Origin: Tubulanus polymorphus
Lineage: Eukaryota; Animalia; Nemertea
DNA: 64,000 bases
Assembly (NCBI RefSeq): GCF_964204645.1
Contig: NC_134028.1
Span: 26,594,345 to 26,658,344, forward strand
Direction of reading: 5' to 3'
In this document: piece after piece, positions 1-13,757 of the stretch
Layout: every line of letters starts with the position of its first letter
How positions within the stretch are numbered: position 1 is the stretch's first letter
Made by a program: the position numbers and the translations under genes
Notes under the pieces: model-generated
What the model was told of the DNA's origin: nothing
Seen by the model: the letters and a program-made list of their open reading frames with translations, nothing else
Databases searched by the model: none

Positions 1-78
1 GTTTTTAAGCACATCTATGATTCAATATTTTCTACAAAAAATCAGCAATCAATTAAGTTAAACTGTTGATTTATGCAG

Positions 79-3000
79 GAGAAAATCCCGAAGAATTTTC
101 GGAACGTTTGGGAGGTAACACGGTGATCAGTGTAGGACAAGTAAGTTTTGAAATCTGATCCAAATCGAGACGACGAGTTTCATTTCAATCATTGGCTTTT
201 ACCAAAATTCGTGGAGATATTTTTTTTTCTTTTTAGTTTAGAAATAAACAGAAGTACGCGATGAAATGGTACAAAGGAAGGGTATATTACGACATGTCAG
301 CTATGAGTAAGTTTCATCTTAAGACGCGCCGCAACAGGGCACATGAAAACAAGAAACATAGAAAAATCATTTGAGGTTTCACTGAGACACTAGAAAACAC
401 ACGTCTAAACGTGAAAACACCTTAAAACCATCAAACTAATGTTTTTATAAATTGGTGACTACCATGCAAGGGGTAACGAATGTGCACTACAGATAAATTG
501 ATAATAAGGATAATAATATTTTTTTTTGTATGTAACGGTTTACGCAATATAAATATTATTGATATTACTATCATTATTATTATTATTATTATCAATGTTG
601 GCGTTTCAAAATAACAATTACAATTGTAAACTCTTTTATGTTTTCTTGTTCCTGTTTGAAACGTGTTTTTAGACTGCTGTGTGCTGTATCTGGCTTAATA
701 CTGACTTTTAGTTTGTTTTAGGAAAATATCTATGAATTTCATATTTTTCAACATCATTTCACTCGCAGGTAAAAGTGCTCAAAGTCGGATTTTGAGCGCT
801 CTGAATAAACTGGAGTCGGCGCTCGGCGGATCGTGTATCACTTTCCAGCAACGAAACGAGGAAAATAAACACATTATGAGCTACATCAAAGTGATATCAG
901 GCAACGGGTAAGAACAACGCATCTAGCAGAATCCATTTTACAAATATTTGAATATAATTCTGAACTAGAAAAAAAACCTAGCTCCAGTTGGACAATCAAT
1001 ACTTTAACCTAAACGTGGTCTTACATCCTAAGACTGGTATTAAGTTTTCACATTGGCTACAGAACCTATCTATCTAATCTTCAGATGTAATTCAGATGTA
1101 GGAAGGCAAGGCTACCCACAGGAATTATCATTGGGCTGGGGCTGTTTACTAGAGACGACAATCATGCATGAATTCATACACGCTTTAGGATTTGCCCACG
1201 AACAGTCTCGATCAGACCGAGATCGTTACGTCACTATCAACTGGGCTAACATCAAAAAAGGTACGAATCATACGTTTAACTCAATGTTACGTGTTGTTTG
1301 GAGACTGATTCGGGCCGTAGAAAGACTCAATCTCTACCAATTTATATCTACATAACACTTTAAATTCGTTTAGCGACATTTTCTAACTTTTAAACTGTTT
1401 CATTGATTTAATGATTTTTATGATATCTGAAAGGAAATAATTTGTAATAATGGAGTCTCCTTAAAAAAATGGTTAGGCCGACACTGCTTCCATACTAAAA
1501 GGCATTGATTCTAGTTACCCCTATAGAACCCCCTGTTGTTTAGGGGATACCCATCCGTGTGGTTTTCAATGCAGTATTCGATTGCCTCAGATGGTCCAAT
1601 TTCCGAGGTACGCGAATTTCGAGGTAGTCGGGGCAGGGATAGGTCGTTATTATGTTAAACAATTGTAACTTATCGCTAGGGCACGCGATAATCCGGAGGC
1701 AACCGACTCCAGGATTTATTGAAGTTCATTTCCGATTACACGATGCTTATACAGTCAAAAAAGAGTCTCATTCTTTTCTTTATGACAGGGAATGAATATA
1801 ATTTCGATAAGGAAATCACTGACAATCAAAATCTACCGTACGACTACGAATCGTTGATGCATTACGGGATGTACGCATTCAGGTATAGAACGAACTGATT
1901 ACTCTCCATGTTGTATCGATTATATAAAATCCGACAACAAGAAGTTAAGAAAGAGTCTGAAGAGCTAATCAGTCTATTCGCCATTAAGAAAGAAACATTT
2001 CTTATTGCGCGAATCAAACTGTAGAACTAACTATTTCAAAACAACTTTTCCCAAATGCATATTTCATTTATACTGTCTTGTTCCAGCAAAAATGGCCGAC
2101 CGACGATCACGCCCAAAAATCCAGAAGGATATAAACTGATCGGACACAAAAAACTAACAGATAAGGATATCAAGATGATAAGACAAGCTTATAATTGTAA
2201 AGACGAATGTAAGAAAAATAGAGAATTCTAATTAGATATACATATCATATATCATTTCATATATCGTATATCGTATATCATATATCATATATCATATCAT
2301 ATATCATTATTTACCATGATAGGCCTATGTACAGACAGCCTCTTAATTTAGACATTGAGCGTTTGTGATGTAGGAGGACCTTAAAGCACCTCCCTTGAAC
2401 TGTTCTTAACGAGGGTGCCGCTATATAGAAAAAGTCCTACTTTATGTCTCAGAACTTTGTCTATAAAAAGAGTTTTTCTCTTGTTGTTGAAAATACATGA
2501 TCTCTTGTCGACCCATTGTCACTTATCCGTTAATACACTCTACCTGACTGCATTGATGCCACCAAGTGTCGACTCAATATCTGACGATCATCAACAGCCG
2601 AATTGTTCAGTTTACGTTATCATTCTTGTTTTAGGTTCTGATCTTTACGCCGATTGTAAAAAGTGGACTCAAGGTGGTCAAAAATGCGGAGGAACATTCG
2701 TCAGAGATAATTGTAAAAAGTCGTGTAATTTATGCAGTGGGTACGACTCATATCTGAATCCTGTAATAACAAAATGATAGGCCATTTTTGAATGCGGTTA
2801 GAGTTGAAAAAAATTACTTCATTTTCAATGGGTTAACACTGAGTCAAACCTGAACCAAAAACGAATTTTCATTTTGTAATTATCGTACGTATTAAATGTT
2901 TGTTTTTCATAAGATATTCCGATAAATACATATCATAATACTAATCCAATAGGTCAGGAAATAATGGAGGAGTGATAATCCAGAAACCAACCACGAAACC

Positions 3001-3606
3001 GACAGAGAAACCAACCCCCAAAACAACTGCAAAACCCGATACCAGTAAGTAAACTCGATACAAACTACAATAGATTGTAAATTATAATCCAATTTCGTCA
3101 TAACGATGATATTCACTATCTATTCAATAATTTGACTTTCACACTCGTTACTAGCCATGCAGGGGCTAATTCATCATATCAGAGGGCACTCTTACGTCCA
3201 TTAAGCAGTATTAGATGCGCTCCCGCACTGAATTATCTAATTATCTTTGTTGACAAAACAAAAAGGGTACGCAAAAATTTGACTCGAACAAGATGTCGCC
3301 CCAGGATTCGTCTCCGCAATGGTTTATAAACTAGATTCTGGTATCTTGTTATATATAATGTTATAATGAATATGAACCGATCATCAATGTATCTGTTTTT
3401 TTATATTAGATTGTACGAATTTGAGAGGAAGTTCTTGTAAAAATTGGACGTATCTCTGCACGAACCCTCGATACAAAGCAAGCATGATCAGAGACTGTAA
3501 GAAAACATGTGGATTCTGCGGGTAAGAAGGCTATCTATCATTCATTGTGGTGTCTCGTGTACCGATAACAACATAGAATGTCGACATTGTTTTTCTTAGG
3601 CTGTAA
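79..3606 (+). CDS. Astacin (M12A) zinc metalloprotease with Thr/Pro/Lys linker and two C-terminal ShK domains; multi-exon, 5' end lies outside the window
   Basis: Zinc motif HEFIHALGFAHEQSRSDRD (1085-1260). Met-turn SLMHYG (~1851-1868). ShK-like exons DCKKWTQGGQKCGGTFVRDNCKKSCNLC (~2635-2740) and CTNLRGSSCKNWTYLCTNPRYKASMIRDCKKTCGFC (~3410-3521). Linker KPTTKPTEKPTPKTTAKP (~2953-3044). Stop TAA 3604-3606, with AATAAA near 3755 and 3794. Confidence 0.92.
2237..2307. repeat. (ATATC)n pentanucleotide microsatellite in an astacin intron
   Basis: Repeated atatc/atatcgt units are directly visible. Confidence 0.85.
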
Positions 3607-4300
3607 CGTATTAAACGCACAACAAGTCCTACCAGTAAGATACATGAATTCACCCGAAATGATAAACGATGAAAATTCCTACACAAAAAACAATCGTTCA
3701 AGCAACATGTTACATGTTATCATCTTGGCCGAAGTTAGTCGTAATTGTAGTGAAATAAATTTGAATTTTGTTCCACATTTCACCGTTTCATGAAATAAAC
3801 AATTTCAATACAAATTTCTACACGATTTTGCGTTTAATTTCATTTTGGAAAAGGTCGACCATCTAAATATTTCCAGATCATTTTACCAGATGCGATCATC
3901 TTCTTATGATACCGACTTAAGTTGTTTCGTGAAAAGTAAAAGAAAACTCAAGTCTGAAATAAGCCCCGGATATAGTCGATGGACAAACTGCGAGAAACAT
4001 GTTGATTTTATAGATCATATATTCAAGAATATAGACTCAATTTTATTTCACGTGAGTCAGGAAAATGGACGCCAGATGTAAAATGCATACATTTTGTACA
4101 TACGTTAGTTGTGTCGCATCTGCCGTGAACGAACCTGCAACAGGTAGATTCCATTAATCGTCGTTTGTCAGTTCCACCTCTGCACCAACTGTGATCCATT
4201 CGTACAACACGACCGCCGCCGCCGCCGCGTCAACCGGGGGCCGATTATCAGCATACATCAGCATTATTCACTGTAAACTCTGGAGGAGGTTCGTATCGAC

Positions 4301-7300
4301 ATGGGTCAACAATCTCGGAAACGAGAAAAAACCAAAGAGAGCGCGGTAACAATCGAACCCGAAAACGGTAAAGATGTCGATAGGTTTCGCAAGATATTCG
4401 GCTTCCATTGGACCGACTTTTACAGTTTTGAAGCGTTCACGAAGTGGGCTCACAAACCGATGCAGCCATACTCGTTAGCTGTAATGAGAATTCTTTTTGG
4501 TGAGTGTGTTCTGCGAATAAATTAAAACTAGATCGAATCGGTAATTGAATCAGTTGTTTTCCTGCTTAGTTCGGTTTATTCGATGATGTTATGTAAAAAT
4601 CCCATAAACATAAAAAGTCGCATTAATAGAATAAAAATGAGATTGTCGAGGATTAAGAAAAGTTTCATAATGATTTTCTCATCGAATCCCTGTAGAGATA
4701 TGAAAATAAATGATGATACGGATTAAATACGGGCTGTAAGGCGATAGTCACGATGGTGATGATGTCCAATAAACACAACTAACAGAAACATTAAAATTTC
4801 ATATTATCGGAAATAGAAATATCTATGATATCATTTATTAATCGATATTTATGTTGCGTGTAAATGCAGAAATAGGTAAATGAAATTTTCTAAACGCAGG
4901 TGTGCTCATGTGGATGGATTTCTACGGTGAACGAAGAGGATTGAATTTAGATTTAAGATGGGGCGACCCCGAAAATAAATGTTTCTTTCCATTATTTTGG
5001 TTTCTTCGTCCGCTTCCACTGCAGTGGATGGTCATCATGTATCTTTTCATGTATATTGGTGAGTCCTTGATTAAAGTTATTTGAGTGCATGTAATTTGTC
5101 AATGGGCCTACAGCAAACTGCGTTTATCTCAGATCTCACGGAACCACTAGATTTCAAGTGAATTCTAGGGCTCTCAGAGCGAAGGCTTGTCACACCCATT
5201 GGTATAAAGGACGATATTTATAGGATACCGTCAGGCAATAATCCGGGGCAATCGGCTCCGATGCGAGCGGAGTCGTGACAAGTTGAGCCTGGGGCAAGCG
5301 GTAATCAGAGGCCCAAAAATCCGAGGCACTCGGCTCCGTGACAAACAGGGTCCAGTTCCACAGTTCTGAGTTAAGACTTAACTCAGAGTTAACTGATTGA
5401 AAATGAACTAACTTTAACTCAGAGTTAACTGTAACTCATGACTGTGGAACTGGGTCCAGGAGTCCGGACACATGTAGGTCCGAGGCGATCGGCGTCTTGG
5501 AAAGCGTAGTCCACATTGTCTTGCTAATGGAGAATATCTAATCGATTCAGATTCTGTTTCCTGGAGATACGTAATTCATTTGAAATGTCGGTGATATTTT
5601 GTAGCGACGTTTGGTATAATGTTGGGCTGTTTCTATCGGTTGAGTTGTGCTGTGTTTATGGTATCGTATTGGTACGTGTTCTGGCTCGACAAACAGAGCT
5701 GGAACAATCATTCTTACCTCTACGGCTTATCATCCATCATTTTACTGATCATTGACGCTAACAGAGCCTGGTAAGTAATAGTTATCCAAGAGTTTCTTCT
5801 TCGCTAGTTTTGAGTTGTGTTAACATTCTCTCTTTTTTTCAAACCTAGGTCGATAGATGGGTACATATGGCCCGAGATACGGAATACACATGTACCCGCC
5901 TGGAATTACGGTTTATTCAGATTCCAGGTAAGCATTCTCTCATTTAGGCCATTCACACAGTAGCCAATAGCCAAACCATCTTACAACAACCTACGACCAT
6001 GAACGAAGAATCCCTGCGATAGAATGAAATTTTCGCAGATGATTTAATATTCTTCGATTAAATTGCAGTTATTTCTGGTGTATTTTCTCGCTTCGATCAA
6101 AAAGCTGGTGCCTGATTGGTACATGGGTTACTCGATGAAACGATTAGCCGTTCATTGGGTTTTCTCCCCGTTCAGGTATATACTAAAACTCATTACATTC
6201 ACTCAGATAAAATGAATAACATAAACTGTTCTTAGATGAGACATTGTTTTCACATTGTAACTATCTTTCTTGTCAACAGGTTGTTTATGGACACCGAAAT
6301 GATAACTTTAGTGGTCGTCCACATAGGCGGGTTATTTATTGATATGTTTATCGGATATTTCTTGTATTTTGATATCACGAGACCGATCGGTTTAATGATG
6401 GGATTTTCATTCAACTTGATGAACGCTCAGATATTCAGTATTGGTATGTATAAGGAGGGTGTACGAAAAACCTAATCCATTTGTGAAACACTCAGTCTAT
6501 GTTGTACACAGAGTCCGAAATGTTTCAATCTGTATCTATTCGACGTTCCAACTACTGTATGTCCCAGTAAGTCACAATCACGTAAGGGATACTGGATGTA
6601 GACGAAACTTTCAATAAACATTAGCTGCAGAAAACACTTCGGAGTATTCTATATTCTTAGTGTTTCACGCCATGACGTGTTTTCATGTTCGAATATTCAC
6701 TAACAACCAAGTTCAAAGAACCACTATATAATATTCTATCTATGTTATAGGTATGTTTCCGTACACTATGCTAGCTACGATGCCCATATTCTGCGCAGCT
6801 GATTGGCCGGTACGATTCATGAGAACATGGTTCCCGAAAAAACTTCAAATCAAAGTAGCCCCGCTTCAAATCAATGATCATTGCATTTACGAGAAAAGTT
6901 TCGTTAAGCCCGAAAATCAACCGGTACGTTGTCTGATTCTCGTGACATTCTATATTTATTTTAACCTGGTCCAGTTAGCTAAGTCGTGTGTTAAGTCCAA
7001 ATATAGCTTTAAATCTCATTGATTGGCTATTATTATGTAGAAACAAGATGGTCTAGCCACGTTTGGGCAAATGGTCTAAAAACAATCTTCAATCTTATAT
7101 TTGCACATTTAACTGAATGGATGAAAGATGCTCCTTTCTAGGTCCAAGACTATTCCTATTTATACCCATTCAAAGGTCTTATTGGATGCCCATCGAAAAA
7201 GACTAAAGAAACGGTCACCACTGTCAATGCTCTTAATGTTGAATGACTTCAATTGCAGGACCGCAGTAGAAATGAAAAATCTGGCAAGAAATATCCACGA

Positions 7301-10300
7301 AGTCGAATGGGTAAATTCCATATTATTGCCACTTCGTTCCTGTTGTGTTATGGCGCTGTTCAGCTATTCTTACCGTTTTCTCATTGGATAAGCCGGGTAA
7401 GAAAGATGATAACCGCGATCACACGAGTGTTTTTGGCCCGTGCCGAATGCCCGGAACAACTGTTCACTCGTCGGGTGCCAAGGGCCTGTTTGGCCCGACC
7501 AAAAAACGTCGGCTTGATCCAAAGTTTAGCACGGGCCAAATTATTGGCGCGAGCGGTTTACGTGCTCACATGGGCCAACTTTGACTCTGGGTCGAACCGA
7601 GCAAATTTGACCCGGGCAAATCGTCTGACAAGCTCCTCGACAAGCTCCGTCATTATTGTTGTTCTTTTAACGTCTTACCCAGGGTTACAACAACTGGGGT
7701 GAAGGTCTGTACGGTTACTCTTGGAATATGATGGTTCAAAGTTGGTCTGAACAACATTTACACGTGAAATTCGTCGATAAAAACACAGGATATGTAGGAT
7801 TCCTCAATCCACATGTAAATATATATAAACGAGTTCTATTTCATAAAACACTGCAGATTATTAAGCAAAACGCTTTAAATGATAAATCAAGATGATATAG
7901 TTGGCGATATTTTTCTCTCAAAGGCCTGGACAGACTCGAAACAAACAAGGTGGAATTCGTACGCGGATATGTTGAAACAATACGCTTATTGCGTACAGGA
8001 TAAATTAGCCACGCGGTACAACATCACTAATATAGAGTTATACGTTGATGTGTGGAAATCTGTAAATAGCAGAATACACCAGAGGTAATTATCATATATT
8101 ATATAGATATACGTCGTCTGTCCTTATGCAAATATCAATCTGCTGCTGACACCTTCTCAGAGAACTTCCTCAGACAATCTGGTATCTGTGCTCACGCCCT
8201 CAGACTATCGTCATCCATACAAAAACTAATAAACAAGGTCTCGCCTTTCCTTAATGGAAAATTGATTACACACTTATTTTCCCTACCCCCAGACTAGACA
8301 TGTAATGTAATATGCAATTCATTTGTCGCCATAATTACACATCAGAATTCGGGGTCATCAGGCCTCACCCATCAACAAGAAAACAAACTTGAAAGTTCAT
8401 TGACGCCTTGAAAAATAACGTTGAAAAATAATGTTTTTACAGGATGTTTAACCCGACTGTTGATCTTATAAGCGCCGAATGGGACGTGTTTAAACAAACC
8501 AAGTGGACGATGCCGCTACAGGAGCAATTTAATTACATGAGAGCTGAAACAAAAAATATAATGAAACAATTGGGAGAAAGAACCAACCATACGCAAGTCG
8601 TGACTGTTATTGATTTCCCAGGTAAATCAGAAGTCGAAATAAAGTCTTATATTAAGTGTATTCATATATTTCTACGGATTTTACTCATATCGTCGTTTCG
8701 TGTTTCAATTTCAGGTTTAGTTCTGGAGAATTTCATCAAGAAAGAAGTTCGTAATCCGATCATACAAGTTTTACACGGCGCCGTTAATCTGGAAATACCG
8801 ATGAGAGTTCCAGGAAAAAATACGGTCGAAAAAAAGAACCTGACAATAACACCGAAATTACAATTCCAGGTAATATCTATATCCCTACGACTTGATCATG
8901 ACTTTTACGGCGCCTTTCCATCAAATGGCCAAAACGGTGACTCCGCAAATGCAAATCTGTTAAAACCGGTTGTGAATAAGCGGCGGAACGAATCAGTTAG
9001 GAGTTCAGGCTATTAGAGCGCGGCTGTCAAACCACTCCAAAAGTGTCGTCGGGCATCGATAGAAAAACTTCAATCTCCTATCTTGGAATAATACTGTTTA
9101 ACAATATATGGGTTTCCTGTACATTGGATCGAATCCGGCCAGTTTTCACATAAATCTTTTCACATATTTCAAATTTCACATAAAGATTTTTTTCAAAAAT
9201 TTTTGTTAATCCTTTGACGCCGTAAAACCGTTACAGGTTATGACTATATTGATCGTTGATATTATGTTCTATCATTCATTGTCGATGATTGCCTGCGTTA
9301 TTTTTCTCCAAGGCTTCAATAAGTTTCAAGTTATTTTACTTGTTTACTTCAGTTGCTTCCTGGTTTACATAAGGTTTACACAATATCAGACACGCCTTCC
9401 ATCTACATGTACAAATTCAGTAACGGAACCGCCATCGATTTGCAAAGAAATCTCACTATTTACAAACTTAAACGAGCGAAGGCAATCAAAGAAGGAATCG
9501 GTGAGTATTAAGGAAAAAGTCTGGATTTTTCTAAACATTATCTAGTTTGATTTAGTTTCGTCTATCCGATAGACTGAGCAGGTTACAAAAAGAAACAAAA
9601 AGTCGCACTAATACGAGCATAAGATTGTCAGGAATTTAAAGAAAATTCCAAGAGGGATTTTCTAGTTCATTCCCGTAGAAAAATAGGAAAAGGTCATGAT
9701 ACTGGTCATAGGCAATTTGGTCTAAGGTTATTTTGCGATGGTGATTATATTTTCCAAGAAAAACGACTAGCACGTAACGAGACAAGTACAGACAATAATA
9801 TTAGATAATTGCCGGCAATAGAAAAATATCGAGGCAAGCACAGGGAACCTCACATCTAACTCGCGTGAAAACACTTTTCTTCGTTCTCCCACGTGTTTTT
9901 CTTTTTTACAGATGAAGCTACTTTCAGTCAGACGTATCCGCCGGAACAGGTTAAACTCTTCAAGTCATTAATAGCGCGGGATTCCGTGTCTGCTCCTGTG
10001 CCGTACAATCCGTTACAAACTGTCGCTAAAGTCACAGCGAAAATTCGTCATTACGTCTCCGGAACCTACAAATTGTAAGTATCGGAATGTAATAAGATAA
10101 AAACCCACTATATACAAATTTAAAGAATTTTGAAATCGAGAATTTAGTTATTCAAAAAGTCTAAAATATATAGAATATACGACGTTTCGATCTCACCCTA
10201 GAGATCATCGTCAGTTGTGAGATATAGACTAAAAACAGGGGTATATATACAGAGGAAAACAGGTTAATTGAGTAAATTGGTGAGTGAGTAAATAATTAGT

Positions 10301-10794
10301 GTTTGGCAAGGCATGAAGTAATAATATACAAATGGTACGGTGCATTGAATGTAATGTTTGTAAGAATCCTACGCTAAGGATGAAAAACGAAGTCTGAAAT
10401 CGGTTCCATGAGCTGATGGTTTATTCAACGTTTCGACTATAATTCTAATATCTTCAGGAAGTTAAAACTTAAGACGTTTCGGACTTTAGTTTTCATTGTT
10501 AGTGTTAGATTTTAAATCATCGTTATACGACACGGAGGACAGGAGGCAGTTTCATCAATAGTTATCGGATTTGAACTCTGAAACTGTGTATTTTGATGAA
10601 AAGGCGCTTGCCTAGAAGGAAATCCTACAGATCCTGATGGTATATCGTGTTGTGTATATTTCAGTATGCTGATGTGTGAAGCGGCGTTCGAAAGCGTCAT
10701 GAAAGGCGAACGAATGGAATCTGTTTTGAAAAGGAAAAACATAGCGTCGAAAACATCACACTTTCTTAGAACACTGATGAAAATCATACCATAA
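4301..10794 (+). CDS. GGCX: Vitamin K-dependent gamma-glutamyl carboxylase (GGCX-like), about 15 exons
   Basis: Spliced exons encode [87 protein letters not shown] and [18 protein letters not shown], collinear with animal GGCX. Last exon ~10665-10794 ends in TAA. Confidence 0.93.
5349..5456. mobile_element. Palindromic MITE, PIF/Harbinger-like, with CAG target-site duplication; nested inside another repeat in a GGCX intron
   Basis: Terminal inverted repeats (TIRs) GGTCCAGTTCCACAG...CTGTGGAACTGGGTC, flanked by CAG at 5346-5348 and 5457-5459. Related copies at ~31489-31575, ~43190-43275, ~45350-45397 and ~17300-17420. Confidence 0.75.
7410..7620. mobile_element. Non-autonomous element remnant with inverted TTGGCCCG subrepeats (GGCX intron)
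   Basis: ttggcccg twice, followed by inverted cgggccaa/tgggccaa/cgggcaaa. GC-richer than the flanks. Confidence 0.5.
10178..10460 (-). mobile_element. Penelope-like retroelement terminal fragments
   Basis: Minus strand reads CTGACGATG...ATCGAAACGTCG (10178-10215) and CCTGAAGAT...GTCGAAACGTTG (10425-10458). This is the CTGA..GA...CGAAAC hammerhead-like signature typical of Penelope ends. A similar motif occurs at ~38770. Confidence 0.5.
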
Positions 10795-12230
10795 TCAAAA
10801 AGACGAACTAAGAGGAGCATGGATTTATAAATTTATAAATATTATTCTATGTGTGATTTAGGGTGGAGGGTCTTATGGAACTAATTAACGATCGATAATC
10901 AATCGTCTGCGGTCTCTTGTACTTAAACATACTTATAATCATGTGACGTGTCGTTTTTCTTTTATTCAGTATTTTCAATTTGCAAATAATAAAAAAAAAA
11001 ACAGACGAATTTCAATTGTGATGTTTTGTGTTGTGGAGGTGGATCGTAATCGCAAAACACGCTGCGGCTGCCTCCACTCAGCATCGTTTCGTTACGTATG
11101 TGACGTGAGAATATTTTGTTATTCTAAAAAAGCTAGCACCTTTCCTTTTATGATGACACCATCGGGAACATGATCCCGTTTAACGCCATAGCTTTGATTA
11201 ATTGGCTAGTTTTTAAACAGCGATTCTGAATTTATTATTCTGCGACGAACGCAGAAGTTAACGCAGAAATCGACGACGGTCAGAGATTGTTAGTTTTCGA
11301 TATAAGAAGAATGATTCGATTTGCTACGAACCTGAAAAATAAATCTCGATTAAAAACATTGCGTAAAACTCAATTTTTCAATGAAGATTGACGATTCTCA
11401 CATGATGCATGCAACGACTATTAAACGCTAACGACATTCTTCAAACTCGCAGCTGGTGGTGGCTCAAGTCATGTATCTAGATAGTCACTATGTAGATAAC
11501 TATATAAATTATATAACTATATAAGTGTTCAAAAAATGTATGTCAAAGGTTCTTTGACATGCATTTTTTCACCGATTGGGGTCTTTACAACCTCTGTATC
11601 CGCGAGAAGGTACGGTCCTGGTCCCCGAGACCATCCACTAGATCCGCACCTGAATTATGAACAAAATTCATAAATGGCAGTAAAAGCCAGATGAAATAAC
11701 TGTCATAATTCAGTTATGGATGACAGGTTGCCACCTCACTCTAGCTGTGGAGTTTCAACGGTCATTTGTCGTTAACACTGACCGAAGAACGCAGTGTAAT
11801 TCAACACACGCACTATTGATGCCTGATACTGGACTACAGTGCGTCAATCTTTTTTCCATTTGATAGTAGTTTATCAAATATCAAACTGAAAACCAAAATA
11901 ATATTCAAAACAATCGATAAATGAATAATAGAAAATATTGGCACGATGATACTGGATTTTGCATAGCCGTTCCGAATCAGATTGCCCGTTGTATAATGGC
12001 AGAGGCTAATTTCACGGATTAAGTACATATGGAAAATCCTAAAAAGGAGATATCTGATTGGAGAAATCAGCCTCAGCGAATATACAACGAGCTATCTGAT
12101 TAGTGCCGCAAGTTTTCGCGCGGTAAACCTGCCCGGAAGTCAAGCGTACGCATATGCACGACTATGTGATGTGTTAAATGAAGTATTCAGTTGCGTGTAT
12201 TACAAGTTTTATCATACTTGAAATCGATGC

Positions 12231-13181
12231 TTATCTTACTGAATTTCTACAGCGGATTTTCATACAAAAATATTCACGAATTTCTCGTCCCAGTAAAAGA
12301 TATATGTAGAAATTTACCACATAGTTACACATAAGGAATTGTGTGAAAATGTCCAGTATAAAATTTCTCTGTTCGAGTGACATTGGCAGAAATGAAGTAA
12401 AAGTGGATGGAAATGTGAATATCGCAAATGCGAGTGAAACCGTTACAAGCATTATTGTCGTACGTTTTGATTTCGTAGTTTTCTGATCGGACGAAACCAT
12501 TTTTGAACCTCTGAATAACTGAAGTATAATAACTGTATTTGATGTAATGATCAAAATTAACGGTAAAAGGTAAATGTAAACGAGAATTATGGTGAAATAC
12601 GTTATTTGGTCAACTAACTCATAGTAACATCCAAAAAACTGGTCGAGAAAATGTATCGATAAAGCAGGTGTGAGATATAGAACCAGTGCATTTAATGCAG
12701 TAATTATTAATACGGTAAATCTAGCGAATTTCGGTGTACATATCAAACGAGATGTGAACGGGAAGAGAACAACTGCCACTCGTTCTAGAGATATAGCCAC
12801 GATTAACCACGAACTATTGCAGACTGTAATTGCCATTACAAATTCATAGATTTTACAACTGATCAGTGAATTCATGATGAATATAGGACCGTCTTTAACG
12901 TGCAAGAGAGAAAACTGTAAAACAGGCATCAGTGTAAAATCTACACAGTACATGAAATCACCGAGGCACAAAATGATCAGATAGTTAGTGTAAGATAAAC
13001 CGCGGAATCTGCGACTTATCATTATCAGGAAAGTAGCCGAATTTCCGAAGGCTCCAATCAGGAACACGACGGGCAGAAAGACCAGTGACACAGTACGGTA
13101 GATTCCAGACCTGTTCACCACAGACATGAGAATGATGTTACTGGTGTAAGTTCTGCCGATTTGCATCTGAGTTGAATTCAT
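12231..13181 (-). CDS. Intronless rhodopsin-class (class A) 7TM GPCR, peptide-receptor/chemoreceptor-like
   Basis: 316-aa ORF with seven hydrophobic segments, GN in TM1, LCLGD in TM2, C at the top of TM3, SLERV (DRY-equivalent), FTFP in TM6 and NFYIY (NPxxY-equivalent). Confidence 0.9.
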   Translation of the reverse strand: MNSTQMQIGRTYTSNIILMSVVNRSGIYRTVSLVFLPVVFLIGAFGNSATFLIMISRRFRGLSYTNYLIILCLGDFMYCVDFTLMPVLQFSLLHVKDGPIFIMNSLISCKIYEFVMAITVCNSSWLIVAISLERVAVVLFPFTSRLICTPKFARFTVLIITALNALVLYLTPALSIHFLDQFFGCYYELVDQITYFTIILVYIYLLPLILIITSNTVIILQLFRGSKMVSSDQKTTKSKRTTIMLVTVSLAFAIFTFPSTFTSFLPMSLEQRNFILDIFTQFLMCNYVVNFYIYLLLGREIREYFCMKIRCRNSVR

Positions 13182-13197
13182 GATTACCGAGGATCAG

Positions 13198-13292
13198 ATG
13201 AGAATGTACTCACTGTCTGAGAGTGCTCTGCCTGCCTGAGAGCGTACTGACTACTAAGAAAGCGTACTGAATGTCTGAGAATGTTCTTGAAT
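13198..13292. repeat. Degenerate ~20-bp tandem repeat just upstream of the GPCR start codon
   Basis: About five units resembling tgagaatgtactcactgtc / tgagagcgtactgactac. Confidence 0.6.
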
Positions 13293-13686
13293 TGACCGTG
13301 TCTTCACGCGTATTGGAAAACTAATTCAACTTCAATATGAAGATATCATTAAAGTGTCGTTTTCATTAGAAAGATCTATTATTAACAGCGAATACAAAAT
13401 CATTTCACTGAAATCTAATACAATTTACTCAGATTTTGTGAATGTTTAATATTGTGTAAAATATGAATTTGAATACATTATATATAGATATACGATGCAC
13501 AAGAATTCATTGGTTGTGAAGATATATCTTAATCGTAAAACATCTGAACAGGTTGGAAAATATCTGTCAGTTCTATACAGACAGTAGGTCCAAATAGCAT
13601 CAGTTCATAGTTCAACCACACGCAGTCCATGAGGCCGACAGCAGCCAGGACTTCTCAATAGCAGTTTTACATCCAAGAAGTTGAAT

Positions 13687-13757
13687 GCGAACTTAGATTT
13701 GAACCGGTGGATCCGGATGCTAGGATAGTGCGCTAACCATTAGACCACCGAGAGCCC
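13687..13757 (-). mobile_element. tRNA-derived SINE head
   Basis: Minus strand GGGCTCTCGGTGGTCTAATGGTTAGCGC (A box) ... GGTTCAAATC (B box). No intact cloverleaf. Confidence 0.6.

Noticed and set aside
79-10794. Astacin-ShK plus GGCX as a venom or toxin-maturation cluster
   Set aside because: ShK-astacins are common in non-venomous invertebrates, and no Gla-type propeptide or Glu-rich substrate is visible. Adjacency alone is insufficient.
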